Below, piece after piece: positions 28,807 to 37,904 of a stretch of DNA of 64,000 bases (within the stretch, counting starts at the first letter, position 1; every line of letters begins with the position of its first letter). Origin of the DNA: Candidatus Dormiibacterota bacterium (GTDB taxonomy: Bacteria; Chloroflexota; Dormibacteria; CF-121). Location: positions 1,317 to 65,316 of the forward strand of contig DAIPYJ010000011.1 of assembly GCA_036782775.1 (NCBI GenBank). Direction: 5' to 3'. Under the pieces are notes generated by a model that was given only the letters and a program-made list of their open reading frames with translations, was not told the origin of the DNA and searched no databases. The position numbers were made by a program, and so were the translations under genes.

Positions 28807-29496
28807 ATGAAGAGACTGGACGAAAGGCTGCGCGCGGTGGCGGCCCTCAACGATCCAACCCGGCGCAAGCTCTACGTGCAGGCCGCCAAACGCCCCGACG
28901 GCATTTCACGCGACGAGGCAGCCAAGGCGGCCCGGATCAGCCGGATGCTCGCGGCCTTTCATCTGGATCGGCTGGTCGAGGTCGGCCTTCTCAAGGCGAC
29001 GTATCGGCGTCTGTCGGGTAAGACCGGACCCCGAGCTGGCCGGCCGTCGAAGCTCTACCAGCGCGCAGACCAAGAGGTGGAGGTCACCCTCCCGGAACGG
29101 CGGTACGAACTGGTCGCCCAGCTGCTCGCTGCCGCCATCGACCAGCCGGGTGAGACCTCTATCGATGAACGGCTGGCTTGTACGGCCCGAGACTTTGGAG
29201 TGCAGATGGCGGATGGCGATCGTTTCCGGATTCGTAAGGCCTCCCTCCCGCATGGTCGACGCGCGGCCTTAGAAGGCGTCCTCGAGGGCTACGGCTTCCA
29301 GCCCTTCCGCGACGGACAGGTTGTGAGGCTGCGCAACTGTCCCTTCGATGCACTTGCACGCGACCACCGGCAGTTGGTTTGCGGAGCCAACCTCCATCTG
29401 ATGGAAGGTGTGCTCGATGGATTGGAGATGAGCGACGCCCAGGCCAGGCTGGACCCTCGGCCGGGGACGTGTTGCGTCGCCTTTTATCCTTCGTAG
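28807..29496 (+). CDS. Winged-HTH transcriptional regulator with C-terminal Cys cluster (SufR/ArsR-like)
   Basis: AAFHLDRL, GRPSKLY, LRNCPF, LVC, TCC motifs. Confidence 0.85.
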   Translation: MKRLDERLRAVAALNDPTRRKLYVQAAKRPDGISRDEAAKAARISRMLAAFHLDRLVEVGLLKATYRRLSGKTGPRAGRPSKLYQRADQEVEVTLPERRYELVAQLLAAAIDQPGETSIDERLACTARDFGVQMADGDRFRIRKASLPHGRRAALEGVLEGYGFQPFRDGQVVRLRNCPFDALARDHRQLVCGANLHLMEGVLDGLEMSDAQARLDPRPGTCCVAFYPS

Positions 29497-29532
29497 CCGA
29501 AGGATCCCCGCCGCCAAGCGAACCGCTCGCCC

Positions 29533-29784
29533 TCAGGGATAACGGTCCGCGATTACTCGGCAGCGGTCCTTCCAAAGCGCAAGCCGACGGCCATACAAGT
29601 CGACCTGCTTCCTTAGAACATCGGCCGGCGTGTGCTGATCGGCCTGCCTTTTCAAGGCGATGCGGAGCAGTTCCGCGTAGACCGTCACCCATCGAAAGGC
29701 CTGCTCCAGATCCCGTGAGTCGTCGACCTCTTCGTCAAGGATCTTGCCGTCGATGAGGACGACGTCGGCGGGCGCTGTTACCAC
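29533..29784 (-). CDS. Small helical hypothetical protein (A-x-x-W-x-x-V-Y-x-E-L family)
   Basis: GGAG RBS before GTG; shares motifs with 57017-57322. Confidence 0.6.
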   Translation of the reverse strand: MVTAPADVVLIDGKILDEEVDDSRDLEQAFRWVTVYAELLRIALKRQADQHTPADVLRKQVDLYGRRLALWKDRCRVIADRYP

Positions 29785-30021
29785 TGCCTCTCCCGCTCGC
29801 TGCTGGAGCCCTGCCCCGATTGGTGCCGAGGACAGTCTATGGCCGAGCGGGCAAAAAGAGCTGCAAACATCCCAAGCCGTTAGAGAGGTCCACAAATTTT
29901 CGCCACCTGCGCTCGTAACGAGCGAACGTAACAGTCTTATCTAGGCCAATTGCGATAGCAATGGAGGTAGGGAATATTGCATAAAGACCCGCAATAAACC
30001 GACGACTCAAGGAGGATACGG

Positions 30022-30708
30022 ATGAAGCGAATCTCGTCGATGTCTCCGGCTCGCTTGGGAGCCGTTCTTCTACTCCTTGTCTTTGCGGCATTCGGTTCGG
30101 CAGTTGGCGCGACTTCTGTCTTCGGTGGGCAGTCCTCGACGACCTCACTGCCTTGCCAGTTCGGTGGCAGCAACTGCATCAACATCGGCTTCACCGAGGC
30201 GTGGCTCAATGGCCAAACGGTTGACCTGGAGTACAGCCATGACTTCTTCTGTCAGCAGCCGCCATCCAGCGGCGCCACCTCCTCATGCGAGGGCGGTGCC
30301 GCGGCTCAAGTGAATCCACCTAGCGGAGCGGTCGTCAGTCCACTGCGGACGGTAACGCCGATGGGGTTCTCACCGCCGGATGCAACACTTCAGTGTCCAA
30401 TCGCTGGAAGCTGCATCGATCATCCTCACACCATCGACCTCTCCCGGTTGATGGGTTCCAGCAATGCGACACTTCCGCCGCACAGCCACATCCTGATCGA
30501 CGACGAGTCGTTTCAGTCGACCTGGTGGCCGGTGGTCGTGGTCGGTGTCAAGAACATCAAGGCGTGGAACGAAATCGTCCGTGCTAAGAGCGAGGCAGCG
30601 GTTCAGGCCTGCCAGGCGGCCGGCAACTGCACCGCCGATATCCCGACCAATACATTTCTCTTCTTCCAGGTGCTTGGTCCCGGCATGAGCATTACCGCCC
30701 CGGCATAG
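30022..30708 (+). CDS. Secreted Cys-rich hypothetical protein
   Basis: AAGGAGG RBS, signal peptide, eight Cys in four close pairs. Confidence 0.8.
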   Translation: MKRISSMSPARLGAVLLLLVFAAFGSAVGATSVFGGQSSTTSLPCQFGGSNCINIGFTEAWLNGQTVDLEYSHDFFCQQPPSSGATSSCEGGAAAQVNPPSGAVVSPLRTVTPMGFSPPDATLQCPIAGSCIDHPHTIDLSRLMGSSNATLPPHSHILIDDESFQSTWWPVVVVGVKNIKAWNEIVRAKSEAAVQACQAAGNCTADIPTNTFLFFQVLGPGMSITAPA

Positions 30709-30777
30709 ACCCGACACGTCGGTCGTCGTGGATCCGGCGACTTACAGCCGGATCCACCAGCGGACCGGTTTTAGGAG

Positions 30778-31701
30778 ATGAACGTGCAACGCTTGTCAAC
30801 CGATAACAATCGTTCGAACCTCATCGCGACGCTGGCGACACTCGGGGCGATCGCGGTCTTCGTCGGTGCCGTGTTGCCCTGGCTGAGCGTGTTTCATGGG
30901 ATTCGCAGCTATAGCGGGATCAGCGGCCTGAACGGGCGGGCCCTCGCAGCCGGCGCCGTGGCAGCAGCTGCCCTCTCGATCATCTACTCGGTTCGGCCGC
31001 GCAAACAGCTGCGGTACGCCATCGGAGTGTTGGGATGCATTCTGGCCGTTTTTAGTGCCTATCTCATCGCCCAGCTGCTTCAGGTGTTTGCGACGCTTCA
31101 GGGGACGTTCCTTCCGACCTTGGGGCCCGGCCTGTTCGTGGCGGCGGCCGGTTCCCTCGTCCTCATCCTTACCCTCATCATTCCGGCCGACCGGTCAAAA
31201 CCGTCCGCGAAACGCACGCTCAGCGTCGGCGCGGCGTCACTGGTCGCCCTTTCCGGCGGCGCAGGCACGATCCACCTGGCTGTCGCGGCCGCGCACTACC
31301 GTGAGTTTCCTCTCTACGGCGTGTTTTTCGTCAGCCTGGGTCTGGCACAGATTGTCTGGAGTGCTCTCGTCGTCATCCGAGGGCTCTCGCGACCACTGCT
31401 TCTTACGGCAGCAGTCGGCAGTGCGGGCATCGCCGCACTCTGGGTGATCTCTCGCACCAGTGGCGTCCCCATCGGTCCCGAGCCGTGGGTTCCGGAATCG
31501 GTCAGCTTTGCCAGCGTCGTCGCAACTGCGTTCGAACTCATGCTGGTGGCCTTTGCACTGTTGAAACTCGCAAGGCCAATCAATCTGCCGGGACGGTGGG
31601 GACGGCTTGGGTTGAGTATCCCCCTGGCAGTCTCAGCGCTTACCATCGCCGCCATCGTCCTGGACGTCGCGACGCACGGGCACAGCGTCGGGCCAGCTTA
31701 A
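30778..31701 (+). CDS. Multi-pass membrane protein with H-x6-H TM module
   Basis: About 9 TM segments; HLAVAAAHYRE motif. Confidence 0.75.
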   Translation: MNVQRLSTDNNRSNLIATLATLGAIAVFVGAVLPWLSVFHGIRSYSGISGLNGRALAAGAVAAAALSIIYSVRPRKQLRYAIGVLGCILAVFSAYLIAQLLQVFATLQGTFLPTLGPGLFVAAAGSLVLILTLIIPADRSKPSAKRTLSVGAASLVALSGGAGTIHLAVAAAHYREFPLYGVFFVSLGLAQIVWSALVVIRGLSRPLLLTAAVGSAGIAALWVISRTSGVPIGPEPWVPESVSFASVVATAFELMLVAFALLKLARPINLPGRWGRLGLSIPLAVSALTIAAIVLDVATHGHSVGPA

Positions 31702-31809
31702 TCGGTCGCTGACTTCAGTTTTCCATCGCATCCTTAGGTTTCGGTGGCGAGAGCCGATGACGAGAGCAGCGGCCGGCGATAAAGCCCAAGGGCGCATCCT
31801 TAGAGCACA

Positions 31810-33030
31810 TTGCGCAGGCCCGTCTTGCGCCATCCTCTAGGTGCTGCCCTCAGCGGATACCAGCTTGCCCTGGGCCAGCCCGGCTACCGGCGCCTTTGGT
31901 TGGCCGCCGTGCTCAGCCGAACTGGCGACACGGTCAACTTTGCCGCCCTTCCCCTGTTCGTGTTCGATGTCACCCACCGAGCCGGCGCGGTTGCAGCCAC
32001 CGTCTTCGTTGAGAGCGTCGGCCTCGTTATTGGCGCCGCCGCAGGCCAACTGATCGTGGACCGCGTTCCACCTCGTCGGCTCCTGGTGACCGCCGACATG
32101 CTGCGGGCAGGCGCCACCGGCGTGCTGACCCTCCTCCCAAGCTTCCCGACTGCAGTCGCGGTCAGTTTCGGGCTAGCGCTGGGTACGGCCATCTTCTCAC
32201 CAGTCTCGAATGCCGTCGTTCCGAGGCTCGTGCCTGATCGAGCCCTGCCGGGAGCAAACGGGCTGCAGTGGACGGCCGGTGTAGCCCTGCAGCTACTGGC
32301 TTCGCCGCTAGGGGGACTCCTGGTCGCCCTTGGTCTGGCGAGAGTTGCGTTTGGGCTGAACGCGATCAGCTTCCTGGGCTCCGCTGTACTCCTCATCGGC
32401 TTGCCCGAACTCGAAGCACTCGAGCAAAAGCCGCGCGCCGTATGGCTTCAGGTTCAGAGAAGCTTTGGAGCGGTTCGGCAGGTCCCGCTCATGCTGCCGC
32501 TGCTTACCATTCAAGGACTGGCGGCACTTGCCGTAGGTGCAACGTCAGCCCTGCTTGTTGTCCTCGCGCGCCAGGCGTACGGTCTAAACGGAACCGGATA
32601 CGGGCTCTGGCTGAGCGCCATTGCAATCGGAGCACTGATCGGACCAGTCATGGTCCCGGTGCTCGAACAGCTGCGTCCGTCCCGTGTGGTGAGCGCCGCT
32701 TATGTCATTCGTGGGGCTGGCGACATTGGGCTTGGCCTCCTTTATAGCGGCGTCGGTGGAGCTTTCCTGCTCGCCCTTTACGGCGTCAATACCTCAAGCG
32801 GCATGGTGTCGTTCCAGACTCTGGTCCAGCGCACCGTTCCGCCAGACTTGCGTGGACGCGCATTTGCGCTGCTTGACTTCGTCTGGCAAGCCGCGCGGCT
32901 CCTATCCGTCGCCGCCGGTGCTGCGCTCGTCGAAGTTATCGGCATTCGTGACCTATTCCTCGTTGGCGGGGCCTTGCTTTTTGCAGCCGGGGGCATCGGA
33001 TTCCTCACTCTTGAGCCAGGCCGGCGTTAA
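31810..33030 (+). CDS. MFS transporter (H+ antiporter/DHA3-like)
   Basis: 12 TM pattern; DRVPPRRLLVTAD, PPDLRGRAF motifs. Confidence 0.88.
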   Translation: MRRPVLRHPLGAALSGYQLALGQPGYRRLWLAAVLSRTGDTVNFAALPLFVFDVTHRAGAVAATVFVESVGLVIGAAAGQLIVDRVPPRRLLVTADMLRAGATGVLTLLPSFPTAVAVSFGLALGTAIFSPVSNAVVPRLVPDRALPGANGLQWTAGVALQLLASPLGGLLVALGLARVAFGLNAISFLGSAVLLIGLPELEALEQKPRAVWLQVQRSFGAVRQVPLMLPLLTIQGLAALAVGATSALLVVLARQAYGLNGTGYGLWLSAIAIGALIGPVMVPVLEQLRPSRVVSAAYVIRGAGDIGLGLLYSGVGGAFLLALYGVNTSSGMVSFQTLVQRTVPPDLRGRAFALLDFVWQAARLLSVAAGAALVEVIGIRDLFLVGGALLFAAGGIGFLTLEPGRR

Positions 33031-33043
33031 AGGCTTCGCGGCG

Positions 33044-34531
33044 TTACGCGGTCTGGCTCGCCTCGACGAACGTGTCCGGGCCGCGGTCAAACGCCTTTGC
33101 GCACCCTGGATTGCAGAAGTAATAGGTTGTTCCGTTGTAGTCGCGCTTGGCCGCCGCTGACTGCGTGTCGACGGTCATTCCGCACACCGGGTCGGTTGCC
33201 TCTGCCATCGTTGGCCTCCTTAGCTCGTGTTCCGTCTCCGTTTGCTCACTGGGTTGAGTCGAGAACCGGTCGGGGTTGGCGGTGAATCGTTCGCGACAGC
33301 GGTCGGAACAGAAGTAAATAGTCTGGGTGCCCCGGGGCAGGCTCGCCGGCGCGAGCGCCCGCTCGACCTGCATCCCACATACCGGGTCCATCGCGTACCG
33401 CGCGCCCCCACCGAGCCGCTCGCGGTTTCGGTACAGCCAGAAGAGCAGCGCGAAAAGGCCCAGGAAAACGAGGTTGAGATACGTCGTGTAATTCCACTGC
33501 AAAGCGGGCTGCACGACCTGGACCGGACGCGACGCCGGCACCAGCCCAGCCCAGGTGAAGAGATATTCGGTTGCCAGCCCGGCCGCCGCCATCACCAGCC
33601 AGAAGGCGCCCAGGAGGCGAAGCGTCAGCGTCCAGCCGTAAAAGCGTCGATAGATAAGAAGGAGCGGAAACGTGATCAGGTCGGCGAAGATGAAGCTCCC
33701 CACGCCGCCGAAGCTGATGCCGCCCTTCCAGAGGGCCGCCGCCAGCGGCACGTTGCCGATCGAGCAGACGAAGCTGATGATGGCGATCAGCGGCCCGACA
33801 ATCACGTTTTCGACTGAGGTGGCCACGCCGTGGCCGTGGAAGAAGATCGCGTTCCAGAACGCGTTCGGAACCAGAACGGCAAGGAAGCCGGCAACCAGGT
33901 ATCCGGCCACCATCTCCTTGCGCAGCATGACGAGGTCGGCCATCGTATAGCTCGCCGCATCGGCCCAGCCGGCGGGCGAGCGGAGACGACGACTCAGCGG
34001 AACGGTGTGCGGTTGGTCTGCCACGGGCTCGTGGTTGTTGTGACCTACGCTCCGGTCAGATCCACCAACGCCCGCCAGTTTTTGCCGCGCTCGCTCCACC
34101 AGCGCCGGCCGGAAGAAGAACCGGGCAACGAGCGCAAGCAGCGCGATCATGATGATGCCGCCGACGTACTCGCTCACGGCAAACTGCCAGCCGATCAAGA
34201 TCCAGAGCACGAGGCCGAGTTCGATCACCAGGTTGGTCGACGCCAGCATGAACACCATGGCGGTGGTGAAGTCGGCGCCCTTCGCAAAGAGCGACTTCGC
34301 CATCGCGCTCGCGGCATAGGAGCAGGACGAGGATGCGGCGCCGAAGGCGGCGGCGATTCCGAGGGTGCGGGGCCGGTGATCGCCCATCACCCGCTGCATT
34401 TCGGAACGAGAAACGAAGGCCTGGACGGCGCCCGAGAGGCCGAAGCCGAAGATCAGCGGCCACAGGGTATCCCATAACATAAAAAACGCCATGCGGAGGC
34501 TGTCGCCGACGGCACTGAGCACGTGGATCAT
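33044..34531 (-). CDS. DUF318-type permease fused to two YHS/TRASH domains
   Basis: SSSCSY and SFVCSIGNVP permease motifs; DPVCGM...YFCS..C and DPVCGM...YFCNPGC. Confidence 0.88.
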   Translation of the reverse strand: MIHVLSAVGDSLRMAFFMLWDTLWPLIFGFGLSGAVQAFVSRSEMQRVMGDHRPRTLGIAAAFGAASSSCSYAASAMAKSLFAKGADFTTAMVFMLASTNLVIELGLVLWILIGWQFAVSEYVGGIIMIALLALVARFFFRPALVERARQKLAGVGGSDRSVGHNNHEPVADQPHTVPLSRRLRSPAGWADAASYTMADLVMLRKEMVAGYLVAGFLAVLVPNAFWNAIFFHGHGVATSVENVIVGPLIAIISFVCSIGNVPLAAALWKGGISFGGVGSFIFADLITFPLLLIYRRFYGWTLTLRLLGAFWLVMAAAGLATEYLFTWAGLVPASRPVQVVQPALQWNYTTYLNLVFLGLFALLFWLYRNRERLGGGARYAMDPVCGMQVERALAPASLPRGTQTIYFCSDRCRERFTANPDRFSTQPSEQTETEHELRRPTMAEATDPVCGMTVDTQSAAAKRDYNGTTYYFCNPGCAKAFDRGPDTFVEASQTA

Positions 34532-34550
34532 TCGGTGGCCTGGCTCCTGA

Positions 34551-34826
34551 TTACGCCTTCGCGAATCGCTCGACGGCCTTGACCAGCTCGTCGACCTTCG
34601 ACTTGTCACCCTGGCGCACCGCCGTGGTCACGCAGCCCTTGATGTGATCCTCGAGCAGGAGGAACGCGACCTGGTCAAGAGCCGCCTTGACGGCGTTGAC
34701 CTGGGTGAGGACGTCGATGCAGTAGATGTCTTCGGCGACCATTCGAGAAACCCCCCGAACCTGGCCTTCCACTCTCCCGAGGCGGGCCAAGAGCGCGTCT
34801 TTGTCCTTTCGATAGCCCGGCTTCAT
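34551..34826 (-). CDS. csoR: CsoR/RcnR family metal-sensing repressor
   Basis: RLGRVEGQVRG, YCIDVLTQ, LLEDHIKGCV (C-H-C copper ligands). Confidence 0.9.
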   Translation of the reverse strand: MKPGYRKDKDALLARLGRVEGQVRGVSRMVAEDIYCIDVLTQVNAVKAALDQVAFLLLEDHIKGCVTTAVRQGDKSKVDELVKAVERFAKA

Positions 34827-34833
34827 TGGCGCG

Positions 34834-34853
34834 ATTATACCCATTAGGGGTAT
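34834..34853 (-). promoter_or_regulatory. CsoR-type operator overlapping a TATAAT -10 box
   Basis: ATACCC-ATTAG-GGGTAT (34837-34853), the C-tract/G-tract form typical of CsoR operators; minus-strand TATAAT at 34834-34839, 7 nt before ATG 34826. Confidence 0.8.
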
Positions 34854-34994
34854 CCGGTACGTCGCCACCCCGCTGCTGCCCGTGGAATGTGTAACCCGCA
34901 CTCGTATCAAATGTGAGGCCCCATCAGGGCCCATTCACAGGGTGCCGTCGCGCGAGGGGACGCGCATGCAATCGAGCAAAAGGAGGTAACCGCC

Positions 34995-35669
34995 ATGGAC
35001 CATACCTCCGGCGGACGGACGTTCAATCGGAGTGGAGTTGAGCTTCGACGCGTTGGGCCGCCCGCAGCGGCCTGGCTGACTGCGCTGGCGGCGTTGGCCT
35101 TGTCGGCCGGCTTCGTGATAGGCAGTGCCATCTTCCGGGGCATCACCATCGGTCCCTCGACCGCGACCCGATTGGTCGTGATCCTGGCCCTGAACGCCAT
35201 CCTGCTGTTGCTCACGTTCATCGCGGTGCTGCTGGTTCCATGGATTTCTCCTTCCGTCCGGCTCTGGTCCCAGGTCATCCTCAGCCTGGCGCTAGCCTTC
35301 GCCGGGGCGATGCATTTCGTGCTAGCCAGCGCGCATCTGGATGAATCGACCCTGCTTGGCCTCGGATTCTTCGCCGCAGGCGCGCTGCAGATCGCCCTCG
35401 CCGTGGTCGTAATCACCGTGACCTTTGTCAAGCGTCGGCCACCATTCGTCTTCCTGGCGGTGATTGCGCTGAATGCTGCGCTCGTGTTTCTCTATGCCGT
35501 TCACGTCTGGCTCGGTTTCCCCCTGGCGGGCCGACCGACGAGCACGACTCTCGGCGGCCAAGAGGACATCGATCTGCCGGGAATCGTGACGAAGCTTGCC
35601 GAACTCGTCAGTCTCGTACTCGGCTACGTCTCGCTGGCCTCCTTTCGAACGAGGCGGATGAGCCGTTGA
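34995..35669 (+). CDS. Membrane protein with H-x6-H TM module
   Basis: About 6 TM segments; HFVLASAHLDE; AAGGAGG RBS. Confidence 0.75.
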   Translation: MDHTSGGRTFNRSGVELRRVGPPAAAWLTALAALALSAGFVIGSAIFRGITIGPSTATRLVVILALNAILLLLTFIAVLLVPWISPSVRLWSQVILSLALAFAGAMHFVLASAHLDESTLLGLGFFAAGALQIALAVVVITVTFVKRRPPFVFLAVIALNAALVFLYAVHVWLGFPLAGRPTSTTLGGQEDIDLPGIVTKLAELVSLVLGYVSLASFRTRRMSR

Positions 35670-35684
35670 TGCACGCTGTGCCGC

Positions 35685-35966
35685 CTAAGCTCGTTTCCTG
35701 CGAGTCGCAACCAGGATGCTGTAGTTCGAAACACAAAGCGGCGTCAGGAAGGTCATCAAGGTTTTGGCTACGACGACGCCATCGGCATGACCGGCAAGAA
35801 ACAGGGGCAGCTGGTTGAGCGCCACGAAGATCGAGCCAATCAGCAGCGCGATCGTGATCGTCTTCCTCAGGTGAGCCGGGTAGGTTACAACGTGAATCGC
35901 TTCGTGCCAGCTCGTCCAGCTGGGTGCCGGCAGTCGAACCGTCGAGCAACTTGATTCCGAAGCCAT
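35685..35966 (-). CDS. Small 2-TM protein, NrtS-like
   Basis: ALLIGSIFVALNQ...TFLTPLCVSNYS pattern. Confidence 0.7.
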   Translation of the reverse strand: MASESSCSTVRLPAPSWTSWHEAIHVVTYPAHLRKTITIALLIGSIFVALNQLPLFLAGHADGVVVAKTLMTFLTPLCVSNYSILVATRRKRA

Positions 35967-36068
35967 CTCACTTCTCCTATCGCCCCCTGGGGGAGCAGTT
36001 CTGATGCCTTCACGGTAGTGGTAGGAGGGCGGCGTTACATCCGTACCCGTACTGAATTCTCGAGCGGG

Positions 36069-37121
36069 CTAAATGCCGAGATCGCCAGCTCGGCGAGCGA
36101 GCTCAACCCGGGATTGGACCCCTAACTTGTGGTAGGCACTGGCCAAATGGCTTTCGACGGTGCGCTCACTGATATGGAGATGCATGGCAATGGCTCCCGC
36201 CGTTTCGCCCCCGACGGCCAGCCGAACGACCTCGCGCTCCCGGACGGTTAGCGCCTCTGGACCGACGCCAAAAGCCCGGCCGCGGCGTCGGCGCCGACCG
36301 CCAGCCAGAAAGGTCTCAACCTCGCGCAAGACGGGCTCAGCCTCACCGACCCAGGGCACGTGGTCAACTCCAGGCAACTCAACGAGTTTGGCGCCAGGAA
36401 TGCGCGATGCCAGGTATCTGGCGTTGGCAACGTCAAACCAACGCTCGTCGGTTCGATGCAGGACCAACGTTGGCACCTGAATTTGTGGGAGCAGGTTCCT
36501 TACGTCGATTTGCGAGTTCATTCGCACCAGCGCTGCAGCCATTCCTGGGCTCGCCGCGCCCCGGAGATAGCGAGCCCACCATTTTCTGTACCGCTCTTCT
36601 TTGAGCGCCGTCGGATTGTGCTGAATCCACCACTCTCCCGTCTGCCATGCGCGGTCGATGCCCGCCAGAAAATCCTGAAATTGTTCCAGGGTGCGTCCCC
36701 ATGGGTAGTCATCAGCCTGCAGCCAACGCGCGTAGGAACCGTAGACGACGAGTGCCGAGGTCCGGCTTGGGAAAGTTCGGGCGAAGGTAATCGAGAGTGG
36801 TCCCCCTTCCGAAATTCCAAACAAGGCGGTGTGCTGGGACCCGACCGCATCCAGGACGGCCCGCATGTCGTCCATCCGTTCCGCCAGGCTCGGCGGCTCG
36901 GCCACCGGATCTGAGAGTCCGGTCCCTCGCTTGTCGAACAGAATTAGACGGCTGAAGCTCGCCAGCCGGTTTAGGAACTGGGCCAGGTGCGGCTCTTCCC
37001 AGGCGATGTCCAGGTGCGAAACAAAACCATGCACAAGAAGCAGATCGATTGGGCCCTCCCCGATGACTTGATAGGCGACGCTCAGCGCTCCGCTCTTGGC
37101 GTATCTCGTCTCAACTGGCAT
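36069..37121 (-). CDS. Alpha/beta hydrolase-fold domain fused to LuxR-type HTH
   Basis: FDKRGTGLSD, GISEGG nucleophile elbow, LTVREREV...HLASAYHKLGV. Confidence 0.9.
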   Translation of the reverse strand: MPVETRYAKSGALSVAYQVIGEGPIDLLLVHGFVSHLDIAWEEPHLAQFLNRLASFSRLILFDKRGTGLSDPVAEPPSLAERMDDMRAVLDAVGSQHTALFGISEGGPLSITFARTFPSRTSALVVYGSYARWLQADDYPWGRTLEQFQDFLAGIDRAWQTGEWWIQHNPTALKEERYRKWWARYLRGAASPGMAAALVRMNSQIDVRNLLPQIQVPTLVLHRTDERWFDVANARYLASRIPGAKLVELPGVDHVPWVGEAEPVLREVETFLAGGRRRRRGRAFGVGPEALTVREREVVRLAVGGETAGAIAMHLHISERTVESHLASAYHKLGVQSRVELARRAGDLGI

Positions 37122-37136
37122 ATGGGGGCAAACGCC

Positions 37137-37820
37137 CTACGCGCGTGAGGCGGTAACCGGGCGAATGCGGGCAAAAGCGCTCAAGGGCGCCCATCTTGGG
37201 AGGGCTTGAGCAACCGCCGGCATTCCTTCGAGTCGAATCAAACCTCGGCCAAGAGCGTCCTGCCAGGAGATCAATCCGGCGTGCCACCTGGTGAGCCATT
37301 CGGCGGTCGTGGTCACCACCAGATCTTCATCGAATCCAGGTGGCTTCAAACAGACCTCGGCCTCAGGACGCTGGAAAACCACCCAATACCGCTCTCTTTT
37401 CCGTCCGGTTAGGTCGAAGCGCACCGTACGGCGTTGGCGCGGAAGCGACTCCGGCGACGCCAGGCGGCAGATGGCCCAGAGGACGACGAAGGCATCGTAG
37501 TCGCCCGACCCAAGTTCGATCCAGCGCGCGCCCCAGGCGCCGAGGGCCATGGTGACTTCCTTCAGCTCCTGCCCGGCCGGCGTCAGAAAGTAGAGGTGCC
37601 CACGCCCATCCGGGTTCGGCCGCATCTCGACAACACCCAGCCGGCTGAGTTCTCTGAGCCGCCGGGTCAGGAGCGTACGGGACATTCTCGGCACCCCCTC
37701 AGCAATGGCGTTGAAGGAATGGCACCCGAGCATCAGGTTTCGAACGATCAACGGCGTCCAGCGTTCGGCGAAGATCGCCGCGCCGCGCGCGATCGGACAG
37801 TACTGGTTGTATTCCGTCAC
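37137..37820 (-). CDS. HxlR family winged-helix regulator with C-terminal SCP2-like domain
   Basis: YNQYCPIARGA, ERWTPLIVRNL, LCLKPPG-type motif (EVCLKPPGFDED). Confidence 0.88.
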   Translation of the reverse strand: MTEYNQYCPIARGAAIFAERWTPLIVRNLMLGCHSFNAIAEGVPRMSRTLLTRRLRELSRLGVVEMRPNPDGRGHLYFLTPAGQELKEVTMALGAWGARWIELGSGDYDAFVVLWAICRLASPESLPRQRRTVRFDLTGRKRERYWVVFQRPEAEVCLKPPGFDEDLVVTTTAEWLTRWHAGLISWQDALGRGLIRLEGMPAVAQALPRWAPLSAFARIRPVTASRA

Positions 37821-37904
37821 GCCTTCAGTTTCGCATGGCTGGATCGAAACGCAAGTACATTTTTCGTCCTTGCCATTCGGCCAGCCATTGTCCAGACTGA
37901 CGGC

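Noticed and set aside
31727-31803. 11-bp direct repeat CGCATCCTTAG (31727-31737 and 31793-31803) as an IS target-site duplication
   Set aside because: Only 55 bp lie between the copies, with no terminal inverted repeats or transposase; it may be a small local duplication.
37434-37904. 150-aa N-terminal extension of the FAD oxidase in the ORF track
   Set aside because: It overlaps the divergent HxlR gene; family similarity begins near GTG 37905.
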